Origin: an uncultured delta proteobacterium
GTDB taxonomy: Bacteria > Myxococcota_A > Polyangia > Polyangiales > JAFGIB01
Direction of reading: 5' to 3'
Length of the DNA: 64,000 nt
NCBI GenBank assembly: GCA_963778655.1
Contig: CAVZVA010000009.1
Coordinates: forward strand, 1,312,001 to 1,376,000
Shown piece by piece: positions 61,978-64,000 of this stretch. Below the pieces are notes generated by a model that saw only the letters and a program-made list of their open reading frames with translations, had not been told where the DNA came from and did no database searches. Made by a program: the position numbers and the translations under genes. The stretch's first letter is position 1; the number at the start of each line of letters is the position of its first letter.

Positions 61978-62943
61978 ATGAGCTCCGTGGATGGCGCGGT
62001 GTCGCTCGGGCGGGCGCTGCTGTCGCTGCTGCGCGCCGAGCAGACGGGCGTGATGGACGTGCGCACCGAGCTGGGCGCGTGCCGCCTAGTGGTGGTGGAC
62101 GGTGTGCCGCGAGGCGCGACCAGCTTGCCGAGCGCGGACCGCACGCTCGGCGATGCGCTGGTCAGCGCAGGCGAGCTCGACCGACTCGAGCATGCGCGTG
62201 CCCTGGCCGAGGCGGAACGGGACGCCTTCGGGCTGCCGATCGGGGCCTGGCTGGTCGCGTCGGGGCTCGCCAGCGAGCGCGCGGTCGCCAGTGCGCTGCG
62301 CCGCCAGCTGCGCGAGCGCATCGTCTGCGTGCTCGGCTGCGAGCGCATCGACTACCGCTTCGAGGCGCGGCCGATCGCGACCGCCGTCGCGCTGGTGCAA
62401 GAGGCGCCGAGCTTCGCCGATCTGGTGCTCGAGGCGCTGCGCGCGCGCGTGGGCGCGTGGTCGCAGGCGCAGGTGCTGGCCGCAATCCCGGACGGAGAGC
62501 TGCGCCTGAACGCGCGCGGGCGCGCGTGGATGCGGGCAGCGGCGCTGTGGCCCGAAGAGACGGTGGCGTTGGTCTTGCTGGAGCACGGCTCCACACTCTC
62601 GCGGGTGATGCAGGCCAGCCGCGGCAGCGCTCGTGCGAGCGTGTTGCTGGCGATCCTCGCGTTGTTCTCGGCCGTGGCCGGCGCGGAGCCGCGCGAGCGC
62701 GGCTTCTCGTTGCTCGCGCGCAAGCAGATGCAGCTGCGCAGGCGCGCGGCCGCGCACGCGCTGCTCGACCTGCCGGAGGGCGCGCCCCCGGCCGAGGGAC
62801 GCCGCGCCCTGCGCCGGCTCGCGCGCAGCCTTCACCCCGACGCCTTGGGACCGCACGCCGGCCCTGCGCTGCGCGCGGCTTCGAGCGAGGTGATGGGCGC
62901 GCTGATCGCAGCCGAGCGCGAGCTGCGCGCCGCCTCGCGCTAG
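61978..62943 (+). CDS. DUF4388-like / MshEN-like / J-domain protein
   Basis: LLRAEQTGVMDV; LGDALVSAG and IGAWLVASG repeats; LLDLPEGA..RRALRRLARSLHPD. Confidence 0.75.
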   Translation: MSSVDGAVSLGRALLSLLRAEQTGVMDVRTELGACRLVVVDGVPRGATSLPSADRTLGDALVSAGELDRLEHARALAEAERDAFGLPIGAWLVASGLASERAVASALRRQLRERIVCVLGCERIDYRFEARPIATAVALVQEAPSFADLVLEALRARVGAWSQAQVLAAIPDGELRLNARGRAWMRAAALWPEETVALVLLEHGSTLSRVMQASRGSARASVLLAILALFSAVAGAEPRERGFSLLARKQMQLRRRAAAHALLDLPEGAPPAEGRRALRRLARSLHPDALGPHAGPALRAASSEVMGALIAAERELRAASR

Positions 62944-62983
62944 TAACTGGTGACACGGCACCGGTGCCTCGATAGAGAGCATC

Positions 62984-64000
62984 TCAGTGCGGCGCGGGCT
63001 CCACGGGAACCCACCACGCATCATCCGCCGCCGCTCGCTTCCCACCCTTCGCCCCCGTGCCCGCGGTCGTGCCCGCGCCCGCCCCCGCAGCCTCTCCCGC
63101 CGCATCCTCGCCGCCCTGCACCATCGACGCCATCGCCGCCAGCGGCTGCTGCGAGCGCCACCACGGCGTCGCACCGGCCGTCACGCGTTCGGGCTGCGCG
63201 CGCGCCGCGGCCGCGTCCCAGAAGTGCGCCGGCCCGGCTTGGGCGGGGCTGCCGGGCTGCGCGGGCGCCGGGCTCTCTGCGCGCACCGCGATCACGTAGC
63301 GCTCGACCTCGCGGCCTTTGCGGAAGCGCGGAAAGCGATAGGCGGCCACCTTCGAGTAGAGGCAGTCCTGCAGCTGCGGCGAGCCCGGCGCGAAGCTGAA
63401 CGCGTGTGTGCTGCCGTCCGCCTCGGCGATGAACGCGATGCGCACTTGGCCCAGCTTGGGATTGCGGCCGAGCTCGTCGATGATGCAGGCGCGCAGCTCG
63501 TCGGCGTGCTCGGCGAAGGTGGCGTTGACCTGGCTCTGCGTCAGCTTGTCGGGCAGTGCAGGTTTGGGCTCGGGCGCGGGCTCGGCCGTGGCCAGCGCGG
63601 GCGCGCTCGCCGCGGCCCTGCGGTCGAGGATGGCGGCCACGCCGCGCGCCAGCGCCGGGCTGGCGCGCCCGTCGCCCGCGATCTCGCGCAGCAGCGCAGG
63701 TCCTCGCTCGCCGCCGTGGGCGAGGATGCCGCGCGCGGCCTCGAGCAGGGCCTGGGGGTCCGCCGCGAAGCTGCTGTCGGCGCGATACAAGCGCAGAAAC
63801 CCGCTCAGCGGCGCCAGCACTGCGTCGTCGCCCAGGGTCGAGACCGCACGCACCACCAGCGGCAGCACGCCGATCGGCGTCTCGTGATCGAACATGCGCT
63901 CCACCAGGCGGGGCAGCGCGCGCGTCTCGTGGGCTTCGATCAACGGCGGCACGATCACGGCGAGCGGGGCAGGGCGCGTCTGCTCCAGAAAGTCGTAGCG
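62984..64000 (-). CDS. Hypothetical protein, C-terminal part (HEAT-like helices, then an AgmX/TonB-C-like domain)
   Basis: Frame is open to the window end; ELRACIIDELGRNPKLGQVRIAFIAEADG..LQDCL..YRFPRF. Confidence 0.7.
   Translation of the reverse strand, partial: RYDFLEQTRPAPLAVIVPPLIEAHETRALPRLVERMFDHETPIGVLPLVVRAVSTLGDDAVLAPLSGFLRLYRADSSFAADPQALLEAARGILAHGGERGPALLREIAGDGRASPALARGVAAILDRRAAASAPALATAEPAPEPKPALPDKLTQSQVNATFAEHADELRACIIDELGRNPKLGQVRIAFIAEADGSTHAFSFAPGSPQLQDCLYSKVAAYRFPRFRKGREVERYVIAVRAESPAPAQPGSPAQAGPAHFWDAAAARAQPERVTAGATPWWRSQQPLAAMASMVQGGEDAAGEAAGAGAGTTAGTGAKGGKRAAADDAWWVPVEPAPH

Overview
A very GC-rich bacterial chromosomal segment. Gene content (MglA-family GTPase, PrkA, many Cys-rich and vWA lipoproteins, a sigma-54 two-component module) points to Myxococcota, probably Polyangia; this is an inference. 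About 50 CDSs are supported. Housekeeping genes: tsaE, carB, greA, recG, rpmB, an RluA-family synthase, nnr, moeB, aat, iaaA, clpA, clpS, hemB, cobA-hemD and a cyclophilin. Envelope genes include two GT-C-like membrane proteins, a sulfatase-like/HEAT protein, a GT4 and a methyltransferase. No rRNA, tRNA, CRISPR array, integrase or transposase was recognised. Most notable observations: (1) a ~1100-aa lipoprotein with 19 tandem ADAM/disintegrin-loop-like Cys repeats, some recently amplified as 96-bp units, followed by two DUF1554-like domains, inside an accessory block between aat and iaaA-clpA-clpS; (2) an unannotated intergenic repeat family (core TCACAGGAAGGCGGGAAG, 8-nt periodic, sometimes in inverted pairs) at five loci; (3) a collapsed winged-helix/ATPase gene remnant beside one of these repeats; (4) many genes with a -10-like hexamer 6-10 nt before the start codon and no Shine-Dalgarno, suggesting leaderless mRNAs; (5) two sigma-54 promoters, one driving an orphan ECF sigma factor; (6) a TPR protein with a TFIIB-like C-terminal module next to an MshEN-like/J-domain protein; (7) a probable +1 frameshift in the sulfatase-like gene. 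Family assignments come from motif recognition by eye, not database searches.
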